64,000 nucleotides of DNA from an uncultured bacterium. Lineage in GTDB: Bacteria; Patescibacteriota; Minisyncoccia; Moranbacterales; UBA2206. This document shows positions 35,377-45,805 of this stretch, piece after piece (positions within the stretch are counted from its first letter, which is position 1; each line of letters opens with the position of its first letter). The stretch covers positions 12,358-76,357 of the forward strand of contig CAIKZD010000017.1 in NCBI GenBank assembly GCA_903831805.1, read 5' to 3'. The notes under the pieces are model-generated. The model saw only the letters and a list, made by a program, of their open reading frames with translations, had not been told where the DNA came from and did no database searches. The position numbers were made by a program, and so were the translations under genes.

Positions 35377-38300
35377 ATGAGTTTTAGAAAAGTAGAATCG
35401 AATCAAAAATTTCCGGAGATGGAAATGGAAGTGCTTAAATTTTGGGGGGAGAATAAAATTTTTGAGAAATCTTTAGAGAATCGCAAGGACGCTAAAGAAT
35501 ATAGTTTTTATGATGGACCGCCGTTTGCCACGGGCACGCCGCACTATGGACATATCGTGGCTAGTGTCATGAAGGATGTAGTTCCGAGATATTGGACCAT
35601 GAAGGGATATTACGTCGAGCGTAAATGGGGGTGGGATTGTCATGGGCTACCGATTGAGAATATCGTGGAAAAAGAATTAGGCTCAAAGAAAAAGAAAGAT
35701 ATTGTAGAAATGGGAGTGGAAAAATTTAATGAGCTTTGCCGCAGCAAGGTTCTGACCTATGTGGATGTGTGGGAGAAAGTTGTCAGTCGCATGGGGCGTT
35801 GGGCGGATATGAAAACCTCTTATCGGACGATGGACAAAGACTATATGGAAAGTGTATGGTGGGTTTTTAAAGAGCTTTGGGATAATGGACTAATCTATGA
35901 AGACTATCGCTCGATGCATGTTTGCCCAAGGTGTGAAACTACTTTGTCGCAATCAGAAGTTTCTGAAGGATATAAAGATATAAAAGATTTGTCAGTCATT
36001 GCAAAGTTTGAGCTGATTGATGAGCCGGGGACTTTTGTTTTAGCGTGGACGACGACACCCTGGACATTGCCGGGCAATGTGGCTTTGGCAGTGGGAGAAG
36101 AATTAGAATATGTGAAAGTGAAAGATTTATGGATTCCTCTGGATAAAGATAATATAAAGCCATTAGAAGAAGGAAAAACTCCGCCGGCAGTAGAAATGAA
36201 AGAGGAATATTATATTATTGAGAAGAATTCTTTTGAAAAATATAAAAAGATGTTTCATAACGCTGAGCCAAACGTTATAGAAGAATTTAAAGGTAAAAAT
36301 TTGATTGGCAAAAAATACGTTCCGCTTTTTGATTTTTATAGTAAAGACGAAAAATTAGCTAATCATAACAATGGTTGGAAAATTTATGCCGGTGATTTTG
36401 TGACGACCGAAGAAGGCACAGGCGTGGTGCACATAGCCCCGGCCTTTGGAGAAGATGATATGCGACTAGGGAAAGAAAATAATTTGCCCTTTGTGCAACA
36501 CGTGGCAATGGACGGCAGTTTCAAAGAAGAGTTGGGAGAACTGGCCGGACTGAACGTAAAACCGATTGAAAATCCACAAGCGACGGATGTGGAGATTATA
36601 AAATATCTAGCCAAGCATGGCACGCTCTTCCATAAAGAAAAATTTGAACATAGCTATCCGCATTGTTGGCGCTGTGACACGCCACTCATCAACTATGCGA
36701 CGAGTTCATGGTTTGTAGCTGTCACTAAAATCAAAGACAAAATGTTGGAGGTGGCCAAAAATATTAATTGGTCGCCGGCTAACATGAAAGAAGGCCGGTT
36801 CGGCAATTGGCTAGAAGGCGCGCGCGATTGGTCCATTTCCCGCCAGAGATTTTGGGCTTCTGTCATGCCGATCTGGGTGTGCGAAGAATGCGGCGAACAG
36901 AAAGTTTTTGGTAGTGTGGCGGAATTGGAAAAATTGAGCGGCGAGAAAATTGATGATTTGCACAAACACATCGTCGACAAAGTTACATTTCCTTGCGAAA
37001 AGTGTCAGAAGAAAATGAAGCGCGTGCCGGATGTACTCGACACTTGGTTTGACAGTGGCTCAATGCCATACGCTCAAAAACATTATCCGTTTGAAAATAA
37101 AGAACGCTTCGACAAAACTTTTCCCGCCAATTTCATTGCGGAAGGTGTGGATCAAACCCGGGCCTGGTTCTATTATTTGCATGTTATTGCCAGTGGCGTG
37201 AAAGAGCAAGAGGCTTTTCAGAATGTTATTGTGAATGGGATTGTTCTCGCTGAAGATGGCAAGAAGATGAGTAAGAAGCTACAAAATTATCCGGATCCAA
37301 TGGAAATGTTTGAAAAATATGGGGCGGACAGCGTGCGGCACTATCTGATGAGCTCGCCGGTGGTGGCTGCGCAAAATATGAATTTCATGGAAAGTGAGGT
37401 GGGTGAAATCACGCGAGGAATGATGCGCATGCTCTGGAATTCCTATTCATTCTTCGTGCTTTACGCGGACATCGACAAATTCGAAGCGGACAAAAACTTT
37501 GATCCAAAAAAACTGAATGGTCTTTTGGACCGCTGGATGGTTTCAGAACTACATATGCTGATTAAAGATTTCAATGGGCACATGGAAAACTATGAATTGC
37601 ATAAAGCGGCGCGCCTCTTGCCGAAGTTTATCGATAATCTTTCCAACTGGTACATTCGCCGTTCGCGTAAACGCTTTTGGAAAAGTGAAAACGATGGCGA
37701 CAAGAATGAAGCTTATCAGACTTTGTATTATGTTTTGGTAGAACTTTCCAAAGTTATGGCACCGTTCACGCCATTTATCGCGGAAGAAATTTGGAGAAAT
37801 TTGACGAGTGGCGTTTCAGAACCCCTCCGCCCCTTCGGGACACATCCCCTGAGTACAGGGGAGGGGGAAGTTGCGTCTGTGCATCTGCAAGATTTTCCGG
37901 CGGCAGATGAAAAATTGATTGATGAGAAAGTGAATAAAAATATGCAAGATCTTCGTGAAATTATAACTCTTGGCTTACAAGATCGGGCTAAAAACGGAAT
38001 TAAGGTTCGTCAGCCATTGAAAAGGGTTATTCTTGGACAAAAATACGCCGATGTTTTTAATGAAACTATTAATAAGATTGAATGGAGCAGTATTCTCATA
38101 GAAGAACTTAATGTTAAAGGCGCGGAGCTTGGAACGAAAACTGAAACAGTTATGATTGATACAGAAATCACTCCCGAACTGAAGCTTGAAGGGGCTGCGC
38201 GGGAAATCATTCGTCATATTCAACAGATGAGAAAAGATGCCGGCTACGAAGTGGATAACCGAATTGAGGTGTGGTATGATGGCTTAAAAGAGGTTTTTGA

Positions 38301-38439
38301 TAGTTTTGGAAGCTTAATCGCCAAAGAAACTTTGGCGAATAATGTTCTTTTGAAAAGCGAATCAGCGCTAGTGGCTGATTTAGAGAAAGTTTTTGAGCTG
38401 GACGGGGAGAAGGTTAGTGTTGCTATCAAAAAGAAATAA
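35377..38439 (+). CDS. ileS: isoleucyl-tRNA synthetase (long, eukaryote/archaeal-like type)
   Basis: HYGH and KMSKK class I motifs, CP1 editing domain and a C-terminal zinc region. Start moved downstream of the MITE-derived ATG. Confidence 0.9.
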   Translation: MSFRKVESNQKFPEMEMEVLKFWGENKIFEKSLENRKDAKEYSFYDGPPFATGTPHYGHIVASVMKDVVPRYWTMKGYYVERKWGWDCHGLPIENIVEKELGSKKKKDIVEMGVEKFNELCRSKVLTYVDVWEKVVSRMGRWADMKTSYRTMDKDYMESVWWVFKELWDNGLIYEDYRSMHVCPRCETTLSQSEVSEGYKDIKDLSVIAKFELIDEPGTFVLAWTTTPWTLPGNVALAVGEELEYVKVKDLWIPLDKDNIKPLEEGKTPPAVEMKEEYYIIEKNSFEKYKKMFHNAEPNVIEEFKGKNLIGKKYVPLFDFYSKDEKLANHNNGWKIYAGDFVTTEEGTGVVHIAPAFGEDDMRLGKENNLPFVQHVAMDGSFKEELGELAGLNVKPIENPQATDVEIIKYLAKHGTLFHKEKFEHSYPHCWRCDTPLINYATSSWFVAVTKIKDKMLEVAKNINWSPANMKEGRFGNWLEGARDWSISRQRFWASVMPIWVCEECGEQKVFGSVAELEKLSGEKIDDLHKHIVDKVTFPCEKCQKKMKRVPDVLDTWFDSGSMPYAQKHYPFENKERFDKTFPANFIAEGVDQTRAWFYYLHVIASGVKEQEAFQNVIVNGIVLAEDGKKMSKKLQNYPDPMEMFEKYGADSVRHYLMSSPVVAAQNMNFMESEVGEITRGMMRMLWNSYSFFVLYADIDKFEADKNFDPKKLNGLLDRWMVSELHMLIKDFNGHMENYELHKAARLLPKFIDNLSNWYIRRSRKRFWKSENDGDKNEAYQTLYYVLVELSKVMAPFTPFIAEEIWRNLTSGVSEPLRPFGTHPLSTGEGEVASVHLQDFPAADEKLIDEKVNKNMQDLREIITLGLQDRAKNGIKVRQPLKRVILGQKYADVFNETINKIEWSSILIEELNVKGAELGTKTETVMIDTEITPELKLEGAAREIIRHIQQMRKDAGYEVDNRIEVWYDGLKEVFDSFGSLIAKETLANNVLLKSESALVADLEKVFELDGEKVSVAIKKK
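37821..37868. repeat. AGTA-loop hairpin module inserted in frame in ileS
   Basis: CCCCTCCGCCCCTTCGGGACACATCCCCTGAGTACAGGGGAGGGGGAA, encoding SEPLRPFGTHPLSTGEGEV. Confidence 0.7.
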
Positions 38440-38452
38440 GGAGGACGCAACA

Positions 38453-38638
38453 TTGAAAACTCGCACGTTGTTAGTGTTTTTGGGTGGGATAATTTCTGCG
38501 GTTATTTTAGGCTGTTGCTTTGACCTAAAAGTTCTTGTAGAAATTATCGCGAGGCTGTTTGTCGCTGTTCAAATAATTTTCTTTTTTAGCGGTGTTGGCA
38601 TGGCAACCGCAGAATCTTTAAGGGGGGGAAAGGTATGA
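38453..38638 (+). CDS. small two-TM membrane protein (TTG start with strong SD overlapping the ileS stop)
   Basis: AAGGAGG 8 nt upstream of the TTG; hydrophobic 62-aa product; 4-bp overlap (ATGA) with the next ORF. Confidence 0.35.
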   Translation: MKTRTLLVFLGGIISAVILGCCFDLKVLVEIIARLFVAVQIIFFFSGVGMATAESLRGGKV

Positions 38639-38856
38639 CTAAAGAAAGAAGAAAGAAATTTTCTTTTCGGGGTTGGATTGTGGCACTCTTTTCCGGTGAA
38701 TGTCAGGTCTGCAAGAGAACCACCGGTGCCAACTTGGTCACTTGTCGGCGCAATCACCGTGATTTTATTTTCGTTTGCGATGGTTGCTCAAGAAATTTTT
38801 CTGAGCCTGTGAAGATGGAGGAGAGATCAATCCTTTGTGAAGAGGACTATTTCTAA
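38635..38856 (+). CDS. small Cys-rich zinc-ribbon-like protein (hypothetical)
   Basis: Strong SD (AAGGGGGGGAAAGG); CQVCKR...CRRNH...CDGC cysteine pattern. Confidence 0.4.
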   Translation: MTKERRKKFSFRGWIVALFSGECQVCKRTTGANLVTCRRNHRDFIFVCDGCSRNFSEPVKMEERSILCEEDYF

Positions 38857-38868
38857 ATCCGAAGGGGT

Positions 38869-38909
38869 GGGGTCGCTTTTATCAATGTGATTAGCGACCC
38901 CTGTTTTTA
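38869..38909 (+). terminator. rho-independent terminator
   Basis: GGGGTCGC-TTTTATCAATGTGATTA-GCGACCCC followed by TGTTTTTATTT. Confidence 0.75.
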
Positions 38910-39065
38910 TTTAAGAAATATAATCGAGTGTTACTTATCAAGTGAAAGGCTGAAACACTTGCGCTAGAGCGAAAAGTATGCTATAATTAGGTTGTAAGTG
39001 GCCAAAGTAGGCCAAAAAATACGGGTTTATGCCCCGTTTTTATTTTTTTACAGCTTAAAACAAAA

Positions 39066-39839
39066 ATGTCTAAACAAGCGCTAAAAACCAAATATATCGT
39101 CCATCCTATCGCTGTCGCCGTGGTTTTTGTGTTTTTGACGACGCAAGTGCAAGCCAGTGAAATTACGTCGGACAATATTATAAAATATGTAAATATGGCG
39201 CGCTCGGCGCAAGGCACAAATGAATTAGTTGTTAATGATAAGCTTAATCAGGTGGCGCAGGATAAACTGAACGATATGATTGCCAATAAGTATTTTGCAC
39301 ACACTTCACCCGCTGGCATTAATCCGTGGTATTGGTTTCAGAAGGAAGATTACAACTATCATTATGCCGGTGAGAATCTGGCCATTAATTTTAAGACAGC
39401 AGAAGGCGAACAAGCGGCTTGGATGGCCAGCCCGACCCATCGTAAAAATATCTTGGAACCTAACTATCAGGAAATCGGCGTAGCGGTTGGGACAGCGGAA
39501 ACTGACGGACAGCTTTCTATCGTTGCTGTGCAAGAATTCGGTACGACTTTTGCCGGCGTGCCGGCCGACGGGAAAAAATTTGCGCCTTTGCCAAATCCTG
39601 AGTTGATAAAAGATGCGGGTAAAACTGTTCCGCAAGTTTTGTCAGCTAAAAGTGTGGAGCCGGAACAAGCTAGTTCTTTTAGGATGGAAATAATCAATCA
39701 AGGTTTTCTAGCGGCGATGATGTTCATTATGCTTTCCCTCGCTTTTGCCGCCGCCGCCTTTTTAGCCATAGCTTTGGATAAGATTTGGGTAATTTTGGAG
39801 GATAAAAAAACCAAGAAAGAAGCTTTGTCAGCAGCTTAG
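39066..39839 (+). CDS. CAP/SCP/PR1-like (YkwD-type) secreted protein with C-terminal membrane anchor
   Basis: Signal peptide; YFAHTSPAG...HYAGENLA...AWMASPTHRKNIL; C-terminal hydrophobic tail. Confidence 0.65.
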   Translation: MSKQALKTKYIVHPIAVAVVFVFLTTQVQASEITSDNIIKYVNMARSAQGTNELVVNDKLNQVAQDKLNDMIANKYFAHTSPAGINPWYWFQKEDYNYHYAGENLAINFKTAEGEQAAWMASPTHRKNILEPNYQEIGVAVGTAETDGQLSIVAVQEFGTTFAGVPADGKKFAPLPNPELIKDAGKTVPQVLSAKSVEPEQASSFRMEIINQGFLAAMMFIMLSLAFAAAAFLAIALDKIWVILEDKKTKKEALSAA

Positions 39840-39994
39840 AAAATTTATAATCGAATTTATTTAAGTGATAAAAACCGGCCAAAAATCCGGTTTTATTGAC
39901 AAATTTTGGCGGATGTGCTTAAATGCATAATCATGGCTTGAGAGAGAGGAGAAGTTCTAAATATAGGAAAAAATGATCAAGGGAGGGGTATTGC

Positions 39995-40414
39995 ATGAAA
40001 AAGAATGTGGTCATGAAAGTTCTTTTAGCGGGTGACGAGGAGTTAAATAGGAAGTTGTTAAGGCATTTCTTGGAGCGCATAGCTCACTGTGAAATAGAAG
40101 AAGCAACGAATGGGCAAGAAGCGATTGACTTGTTACGAGGTCAAACTTTCGACCTGTTTGTAACGGACTTCGAAATGCCCATAAAAAATGGGATAGATGT
40201 CATCCTTTCTATTCTGGGAAGTGGCGTGGGAGATACTGAAATAATTGTTGTTTCAGGCAATCTTCTTAAATTCATGGACGAGCTTTCCAATAGAGCTGAA
40301 AATTACGAGGAAATTTTGGAGCGGATTTATCCATTGCCAAAGCCGCTTCCCAGACAGATATTTAATTCTATCGTCCAGAAATGTTATCGACGCATCAGTA
40401 ATGATGTAGGATAG
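39995..40414 (+). CDS. single-domain response regulator (CheY-like receiver)
   Basis: VLLAGDEE...DLFVTDFEMP (phospho-acceptor Asp) and a receiver-domain fold pattern. Confidence 0.7.
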   Translation: MKKNVVMKVLLAGDEELNRKLLRHFLERIAHCEIEEATNGQEAIDLLRGQTFDLFVTDFEMPIKNGIDVILSILGSGVGDTEIIVVSGNLLKFMDELSNRAENYEEILERIYPLPKPLPRQIFNSIVQKCYRRISNDVG

Positions 40415-40418
40415 CTTG

Positions 40419-40460
40419 GCCCAGGGAGAGAAGGTTTTTCTCCCCTGGGCTTTTATTTTT
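40419..40460 (+). terminator. rho-independent terminator
   Basis: GCCCAGGGAGAGAAGGTTTTTCTCCCCTGGGC followed by TTTTATTTTTAT. Confidence 0.7.
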
Positions 40461-40492
40461 ATATTTTTCCGATTTACGATAGAATATGAATA

Positions 40493-41245
40493 GTGCGAGT
40501 AGGGAAGTGTATAATATTTTTCAAAAAAGTGGATTATAAATATCAAGCTATTGTTTTAGGCAAATATGATGTCGCCGAAACTGATCGCATTTATGTGCTT
40601 TACACCAGGGAAGCAGGCAAGATCCGACTTCCGGCGCATGGAGTGCGAAAACCTCAGGCGAAATTGGCGGGCAATTTGGAGACGTTGGCGCACTCTGAAG
40701 TTTTTGTGGCGCGCGCGCGCGGAAAAGGCAGGATCACCGGAGTGATTCCCGTGGATTTTTTTGCTTCCATCAAAGAGAAAATTCATACCATGGAAAAAGT
40801 TTTTTGGGTTTTGGGAATTTTCGATCGTTTGGTGACGCAGGAAGAGAAGGATGAGCGCATCTTTGAATTGCTTCTTGGCTATTTGCGAGCCATTGACGCG
40901 GCCGAAGTGGAAGATGCAACCAAGACGGACATTTTCACGTACGGTTTTATTTTTAAACTGCTCCATCTTTTGGGATATGGTTTAGAAATGAGCAAATGCG
41001 TGGCTTGTGGCGCGATGCTCAAGCCCGGGGAGAATTTTTTTGAGAGCGAGCGCGGCGGCACAGTGTGCGCGGCTTGTGCGGCACGCGGAGGAAAACGGGT
41101 GAAAATCACGGACGAAGCGGTGAAATTCATCCGGCTATTTTTGGAAAACAAAATTGAAAATCTGGGCAAGATAAAGGCGGAAGAAAAAAAACTGAGCAAT
41201 CTGAAATTGGTGGCGTCAGAAGCCATCAAATGGATCGCGGGGTAG
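40493..41245 (+). CDS. recO: DNA repair protein RecO
   Basis: YQAIVLGKYDVAETDRIYVLYTREAGKI N-terminal OB fold; C-terminal zinc finger CVACG...CAACA. The true start may be the in-frame GTG at about 40529. Confidence 0.7.
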   Translation: MRVGKCIIFFKKVDYKYQAIVLGKYDVAETDRIYVLYTREAGKIRLPAHGVRKPQAKLAGNLETLAHSEVFVARARGKGRITGVIPVDFFASIKEKIHTMEKVFWVLGIFDRLVTQEEKDERIFELLLGYLRAIDAAEVEDATKTDIFTYGFIFKLLHLLGYGLEMSKCVACGAMLKPGENFFESERGGTVCAACAARGGKRVKITDEAVKFIRLFLENKIENLGKIKAEEKKLSNLKLVASEAIKWIAG

Positions 41246-41335
41246 CAGGGAAAAAAGAAGCAAGAAGCGTTTGATTATCAGCGGAAAATTAGATATAATA
41301 ATGGCAGGAAATAAAAATTCAAAAATAAAAAAAGT

Positions 41336-43243
41336 ATGTCTCTTTTCAATATCGAAGACAAACTCTATAAAAAAGATACACCGGAAAATCTTTCGCAGCA
41401 TGCGGTTAGTGAATATAATCCCAGTGCCACTGAAATGGGGAAAAATATTCCCATCAAGGAAGATTTATGGGTGAAAGATCAGGTAGGCTTGGCTAAATCG
41501 GAAAAGCGAGAAGTCGCCGCCGGGCTGGTTATATTATTAGTTATCCTGGCCATCATCCTGGTGTTAGCTATCGGTTTTTTAGTGCAGCAAGGGGCCTTTA
41601 ATAGCAAAAACGCGTTTGTTGCGATCGGTGGGGCGGAACAGGTGGAAAGTGGGCAAACAGTCACATACGAGATTGATTACAAAAATAATAATTGGATCGG
41701 GATGAAAAATGCTGCCATTAAGATTGCCTACCCGGAAGAGTTCCGTCCAGAACCGAGTGAAAATTTCAAAGAAGATAGTCGGACTTCTGGCACATACACC
41801 CTTGGCACAGTGGCTTTGCGTTCTTCCGGCAAGATTTTTTTCAGCGGCAAGGCCTACAGTCCTAAGGGCGCTTTGATTTATCTGAAGACGAGCTTAGTCT
41901 ATCAGCCAGCCTTTTTTTTCGGAAACTTTGAAACTGCGGCTCAACTTGGCGTGAATGTGATTTCCGCTCCGATTACTTTCGAAGTTGAGGGACCGCAGGA
42001 CCTGGTCAGTGGCAACGCCTTGGATTATGTCATCAACTACCGCAATGATGGCAACGAAGAGCTGGCCAATCTGCAGATCAAGGTGCAGTATCCGGAAGGT
42101 TTCAAATTTGTGTCTTCTGATCCGGCCAGTCAGGAGGGTGTGAACACTGCTTGGACAATCGGCAGCTTAAAGCCGGGCGGCTCGGGGAAGGTGGTCATCA
42201 GAGGTGAGTTAGCGGGAGGCGATGGGATAAATCGCGCGGCCAAAATTTCCATCGGCGTGGTGGATAAGGGAGAATTTGTGAGTTACAACAATGAAACTGT
42301 GGACACGCGCATTGTGGCTTCTCCATTGGCTGTGTTTCAGACAGTTAACGGAACTCAGCAGCGGAGTGCTAGCGCGGGAGAATATTTAAGCTTCAACGTG
42401 ATCTACAAAAATAATGGCAATATTGGGTTGCGCGATGTGATTGTGACGGAAAAACTAGATAGTCCTGTTTTAGATTATGCTACGTTGCAAATAAAAAATG
42501 GGAGCTTTGACGAAGCGAAGAAGCTGATTACCTGGAAAGCTCCTGATGTGCCGGCGTTTAAAAGTCTAAATCCGGGAGTCAGTGGAGAGTTTAATTTTTC
42601 CATCAAAGTGAAAGGGAATATTCCATTGGATGGCGATATTAAGAAAAATTTTGTGATTACCAGTTTGGCTGCTATTGATAGCCCGGATGTGCCAACACCC
42701 ATTTCAGCGAATAAAATAATTTCCAGTAATAAGCTGGACATGAAACTTAACAGTAAGATAATTTTGGAGACGAAAGGCTTTTATCACGATGCGCAGATTC
42801 CTAATGCCGGACCGATTCCGCCCCGGGTTGGACAGGAAACCACTTATACGTTACACTGGAAGGCCATGAATGTTTCCAATGATATAAATAATGTCACGGT
42901 CACGGCCAATATCCCGACCAATACTGTTATGACCGGCAAAATTTTCCCAGCTGATGCGCGCCTAAACTATAACGAAAGAACCAATTCTATCAGCTGGAAT
43001 ATTGGCAAGATGGATGCGGGGGAGGGTGTGTTGAACGGCGCACCGGAGGTGGCTTTCCAGGTCAGGATCAAACCCTCACCGGATCAATTCGAACAATCAG
43101 TCGGACTTTTAGGAATATCGACTTTGAATGCCAAAGATCTTTTCTCGGGTGAGAATCTGACAATCACAAATGACGCGAAAACGATCAATCTTTTCGAAGA
43201 TAAGACGCTCGTGGACGTGGGCGGGGATAGAGTTTCAAATTAA
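41336..43243 (+). CDS. membrane-anchored surface protein with repeated DUF11/CARDB-like beta-sandwich domains
   Basis: N-terminal TM anchor, then repeated YxxxxxNxGNxxLxNVxVT-type modules. Confidence 0.55.
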   Translation: MSLFNIEDKLYKKDTPENLSQHAVSEYNPSATEMGKNIPIKEDLWVKDQVGLAKSEKREVAAGLVILLVILAIILVLAIGFLVQQGAFNSKNAFVAIGGAEQVESGQTVTYEIDYKNNNWIGMKNAAIKIAYPEEFRPEPSENFKEDSRTSGTYTLGTVALRSSGKIFFSGKAYSPKGALIYLKTSLVYQPAFFFGNFETAAQLGVNVISAPITFEVEGPQDLVSGNALDYVINYRNDGNEELANLQIKVQYPEGFKFVSSDPASQEGVNTAWTIGSLKPGGSGKVVIRGELAGGDGINRAAKISIGVVDKGEFVSYNNETVDTRIVASPLAVFQTVNGTQQRSASAGEYLSFNVIYKNNGNIGLRDVIVTEKLDSPVLDYATLQIKNGSFDEAKKLITWKAPDVPAFKSLNPGVSGEFNFSIKVKGNIPLDGDIKKNFVITSLAAIDSPDVPTPISANKIISSNKLDMKLNSKIILETKGFYHDAQIPNAGPIPPRVGQETTYTLHWKAMNVSNDINNVTVTANIPTNTVMTGKIFPADARLNYNERTNSISWNIGKMDAGEGVLNGAPEVAFQVRIKPSPDQFEQSVGLLGISTLNAKDLFSGENLTITNDAKTINLFEDKTLVDVGGDRVSN

Positions 43244-43258
43244 GTCTAGTTATGGAAA

Positions 43259-44452
43259 ATGTTTAAGATATTCGAGAAAAAAAATCAAGCCAGAACTGGA
43301 ATAGTTACGACCAAAAACGGAGAAATCAAGACTCCGTTTTTTATGCCGGATGCCACGCGGGGTTTTGTGAAATTTCTCAATAATGAGGATATTGCAAGAA
43401 CGGGGATTGTACCGATGGTGGTCAACACTTATCATCTCTTTCTTAGTCCTGGGATGGAAATTGTTAAGAAAGCCGGGGGCATCCATAAGTTCATGAATTA
43501 TGATAAGCCTTTGTTGTCCGATAGCGGGGGCTATCAAGTTTTTTCTTTGATCCATAAAAGTCCTAAGATGGGGAAAATTACCGACAACGAAGTTGTTTTC
43601 CGTTCGCCGACCAGCGGAGAAAAGCATATTATTACTCCGGAAAAATCCATCCAAATCCAATTTGATTTGGGCGTGGATATGATGGTGTGCTTTGATGATC
43701 CGCCACCGAACAATTATTCCAAAGCGCGGATTGCGGCCGCGGTCGAACGGACCATTTTTTGGGCGGAGCGGTGCCTCGTTGAATATGAAAAACAAATCAA
43801 AAAAAGAAAAATTACCGCAGGCAATCGGCCGCTCATTTTCGCCGTGGTACAAGGCGGGGAATATGTGGATCTGCGCCAAAGATGTGTTGAGGGTCTGATT
43901 GAAGTGGGCAAAAAAGTGGGAAGAGATTGGGATGGTTTTGGTTTTGGTGCCCGACATGTGAATGAAAAAGGCGTTTTTTTGGAAGAAATCTTGCGGGCCA
44001 CAGCTAGTTTCATTCCTGAAAAAGCTTTGCGCTTCGCTCTCGGAGTGGGTACGCCGGAAGATATTGTCAGATGCTATTTGATGGGCTGGGATATGTTTGA
44101 TTGTGTCATACCGACGCGCGAAGGCCGGCACGGAAGAATATTTCTGCGGATTCGAGGTCAGCAACCCCTCCCCAGCCCTCCCCAACCCCTCTCCAACTCT
44201 CCCCTTAGTAAAGGGGAGAGGGAAAGACACGGCGCGGGGGGATTCTATGAAACAATCAATATGAATAATGGGAAATTTGCGGAGGATTTTTCCAAGATTG
44301 ACGCGCAATGTGATTGCGACCTATGTCGAAATCACACACGGGCTTATGTGCATCATCTTTTCAAGTCTCGCGACCCGCTCGGGATGAGACTGGCCGCAAT
44401 TCATAATTTGAGATTCTATGTGGAGCTGATGGAAGAATTAAAAACGCTATAA
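43259..44452 (+). CDS. tgt: queuine tRNA-ribosyltransferase
   Basis: TPFFMPDATRG and zinc site CDCDLCRNHTRAYVHHL. Confidence 0.9.
   Translation: MFKIFEKKNQARTGIVTTKNGEIKTPFFMPDATRGFVKFLNNEDIARTGIVPMVVNTYHLFLSPGMEIVKKAGGIHKFMNYDKPLLSDSGGYQVFSLIHKSPKMGKITDNEVVFRSPTSGEKHIITPEKSIQIQFDLGVDMMVCFDDPPPNNYSKARIAAAVERTIFWAERCLVEYEKQIKKRKITAGNRPLIFAVVQGGEYVDLRQRCVEGLIEVGKKVGRDWDGFGFGARHVNEKGVFLEEILRATASFIPEKALRFALGVGTPEDIVRCYLMGWDMFDCVIPTREGRHGRIFLRIRGQQPLPSPPQPLSNSPLSKGERERHGAGGFYETINMNNGKFAEDFSKIDAQCDCDLCRNHTRAYVHHLFKSRDPLGMRLAAIHNLRFYVELMEELKTL
44164..44226. repeat. C/T-rich palindromic module inserted in frame in tgt
   Basis: CCCCTCCCCAGCCCTCCCCAACCCCTCTCCAACTCTCCCCTTAGTAAAGGGGAGAGGG, encoding QQPLPSPPQPLSNSPLSKGERER. 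It sits immediately before the zinc-binding region. Confidence 0.65.
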
Positions 44453-44455
44453 ACT

Positions 44456-45799
44456 ATGCTAGAGCTAGATAAGAAGAAGAAGAATTCTGGAAACTTAGAA
44501 TTGCTGGCGCCGGCAGGCAATTTGGAGAAGTTAAAATACGCCATTGCCTATGGCGCGGACGCTGTCTATGCCGGCGTGCCGGATTTTTCTTTGCGGGTGC
44601 GCATTAATAATTTTACGGAAAGTACGCTGTGCGAAGCGGCGGACTATGCACATAAGCATGGAAAAAAAATTTATATTACGCTGAACATTTATGCTCATAA
44701 TTTTCATTTAGAAAAAATCACGGCGCATTTGAAATTTTTGAAAACATTATCAATTGACGGCGTGATCGTGAGCGATCCGGGCATCATCAATTTAGTGAAG
44801 AAATATCTGCCCAAGGTGGACATGCATCTGTCTACGCAGGCCAACGCTACTAATGTTGAGGCGGTGAAATTTTGGCAGCAGATCGGAGTGAAAAGAATTG
44901 TGCTGGCGCGCGAAGTGACCCTGGAAGAAATTCGCGAGATTAGGGCATCCGTGCCAAAAATGGAATTGGAATATTTTATCCACGGGGCGATGTGCATGAG
45001 TTATTCCGGGCGGTGCATCTTGTCCAAATGGATGAGTGGGAAAAGCGCGAATCTGGGGGATTGCACGCAGCCGTGCCGATGGGCGTATCGCCCAAAATTA
45101 CAAATTACAAATGACAAATGTCAAATAAATTCCAAAGTTCAAATTTCAAATTCAAAAAATAATTTAGACGAAGTATTGGCGATGAGCGTTGTAGATAATC
45201 AAGAAAAATTTGAGATGGATTTGGAAGAGGATCGACACGGGACATATTTTTTCAATAGTCGAGATTTGAACCTGGCCGCGCATATTGCCGATTTGGCAGA
45301 GGCAGGTGTGACGAGTTTCAAGATCGAAGGGCGGGCTAAGAGTGTCTATTATGTCTCAGTGGTCACGCGGGCTTATCGCAAAATTATAGCCGCTATTGGG
45401 AAAAAAAGTTTAAATTTAGTAATCAGAGCACAGCAGAAAGAACTGGACACGCTAGTGAATCGAGGCTATACCAACGGCTTTCTTTTGGGGGCGGAACCGG
45501 AGCATAATTTTTCAGGAAAATTGAGCGAGACGCCGTGGAAGTTTTCCGGCGTGGTGGAAGGCAAGAAAAAAATTGGCAAAGAAATTTTTAATATAATTTT
45601 TGCGCACAATGAAATGTATGCGCGGGACGTCATCGAGGCGGTGACACCCAAAGAAAACGTGAAAGTCAAAATTAAAAAAATCTTAAACTACAAACTTGAA
45701 AAAGTAACTGAAATCCATGGCGGACACGCCAACCGATTTTTTGTGCAGTTTGACTTGGTTTTACCGAAAGGTGTGCTTCTGCGGAGGAAAGTAAAGTAA
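44456..45799 (+). CDS. peptidase U32 family protein with in-frame AT-rich repeat insertion
   Basis: LELLAPAGNLEKLKYAIAYGADAVY...GAMCMSYSGRC. Confidence 0.8.
   Translation: MLELDKKKKNSGNLELLAPAGNLEKLKYAIAYGADAVYAGVPDFSLRVRINNFTESTLCEAADYAHKHGKKIYITLNIYAHNFHLEKITAHLKFLKTLSIDGVIVSDPGIINLVKKYLPKVDMHLSTQANATNVEAVKFWQQIGVKRIVLAREVTLEEIREIRASVPKMELEYFIHGAMCMSYSGRCILSKWMSGKSANLGDCTQPCRWAYRPKLQITNDKCQINSKVQISNSKNNLDEVLAMSVVDNQEKFEMDLEEDRHGTYFFNSRDLNLAAHIADLAEAGVTSFKIEGRAKSVYYVSVVTRAYRKIIAAIGKKSLNLVIRAQQKELDTLVNRGYTNGFLLGAEPEHNFSGKLSETPWKFSGVVEGKKKIGKEIFNIIFAHNEMYARDVIEAVTPKENVKVKIKKILNYKLEKVTEIHGGHANRFFVQFDLVLPKGVLLRRKVK
45094..45165. repeat. AT-rich CAAAT/TTCAAA repeat in frame in the U32 peptidase CDS
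   Basis: AAAATTACAAATTACAAATGACAAATGTCAAATAAATTCCAAAGTTCAAATTTCAAATTCAAAAAAT, encoding KLQITNDKCQINSKVQISNSKNN. Shares CAAATGTCAAATAAAT with the intergenic copy at 60146..60212. Confidence 0.6.
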
Positions 45800-45805
45800 C
45801 TTCTT

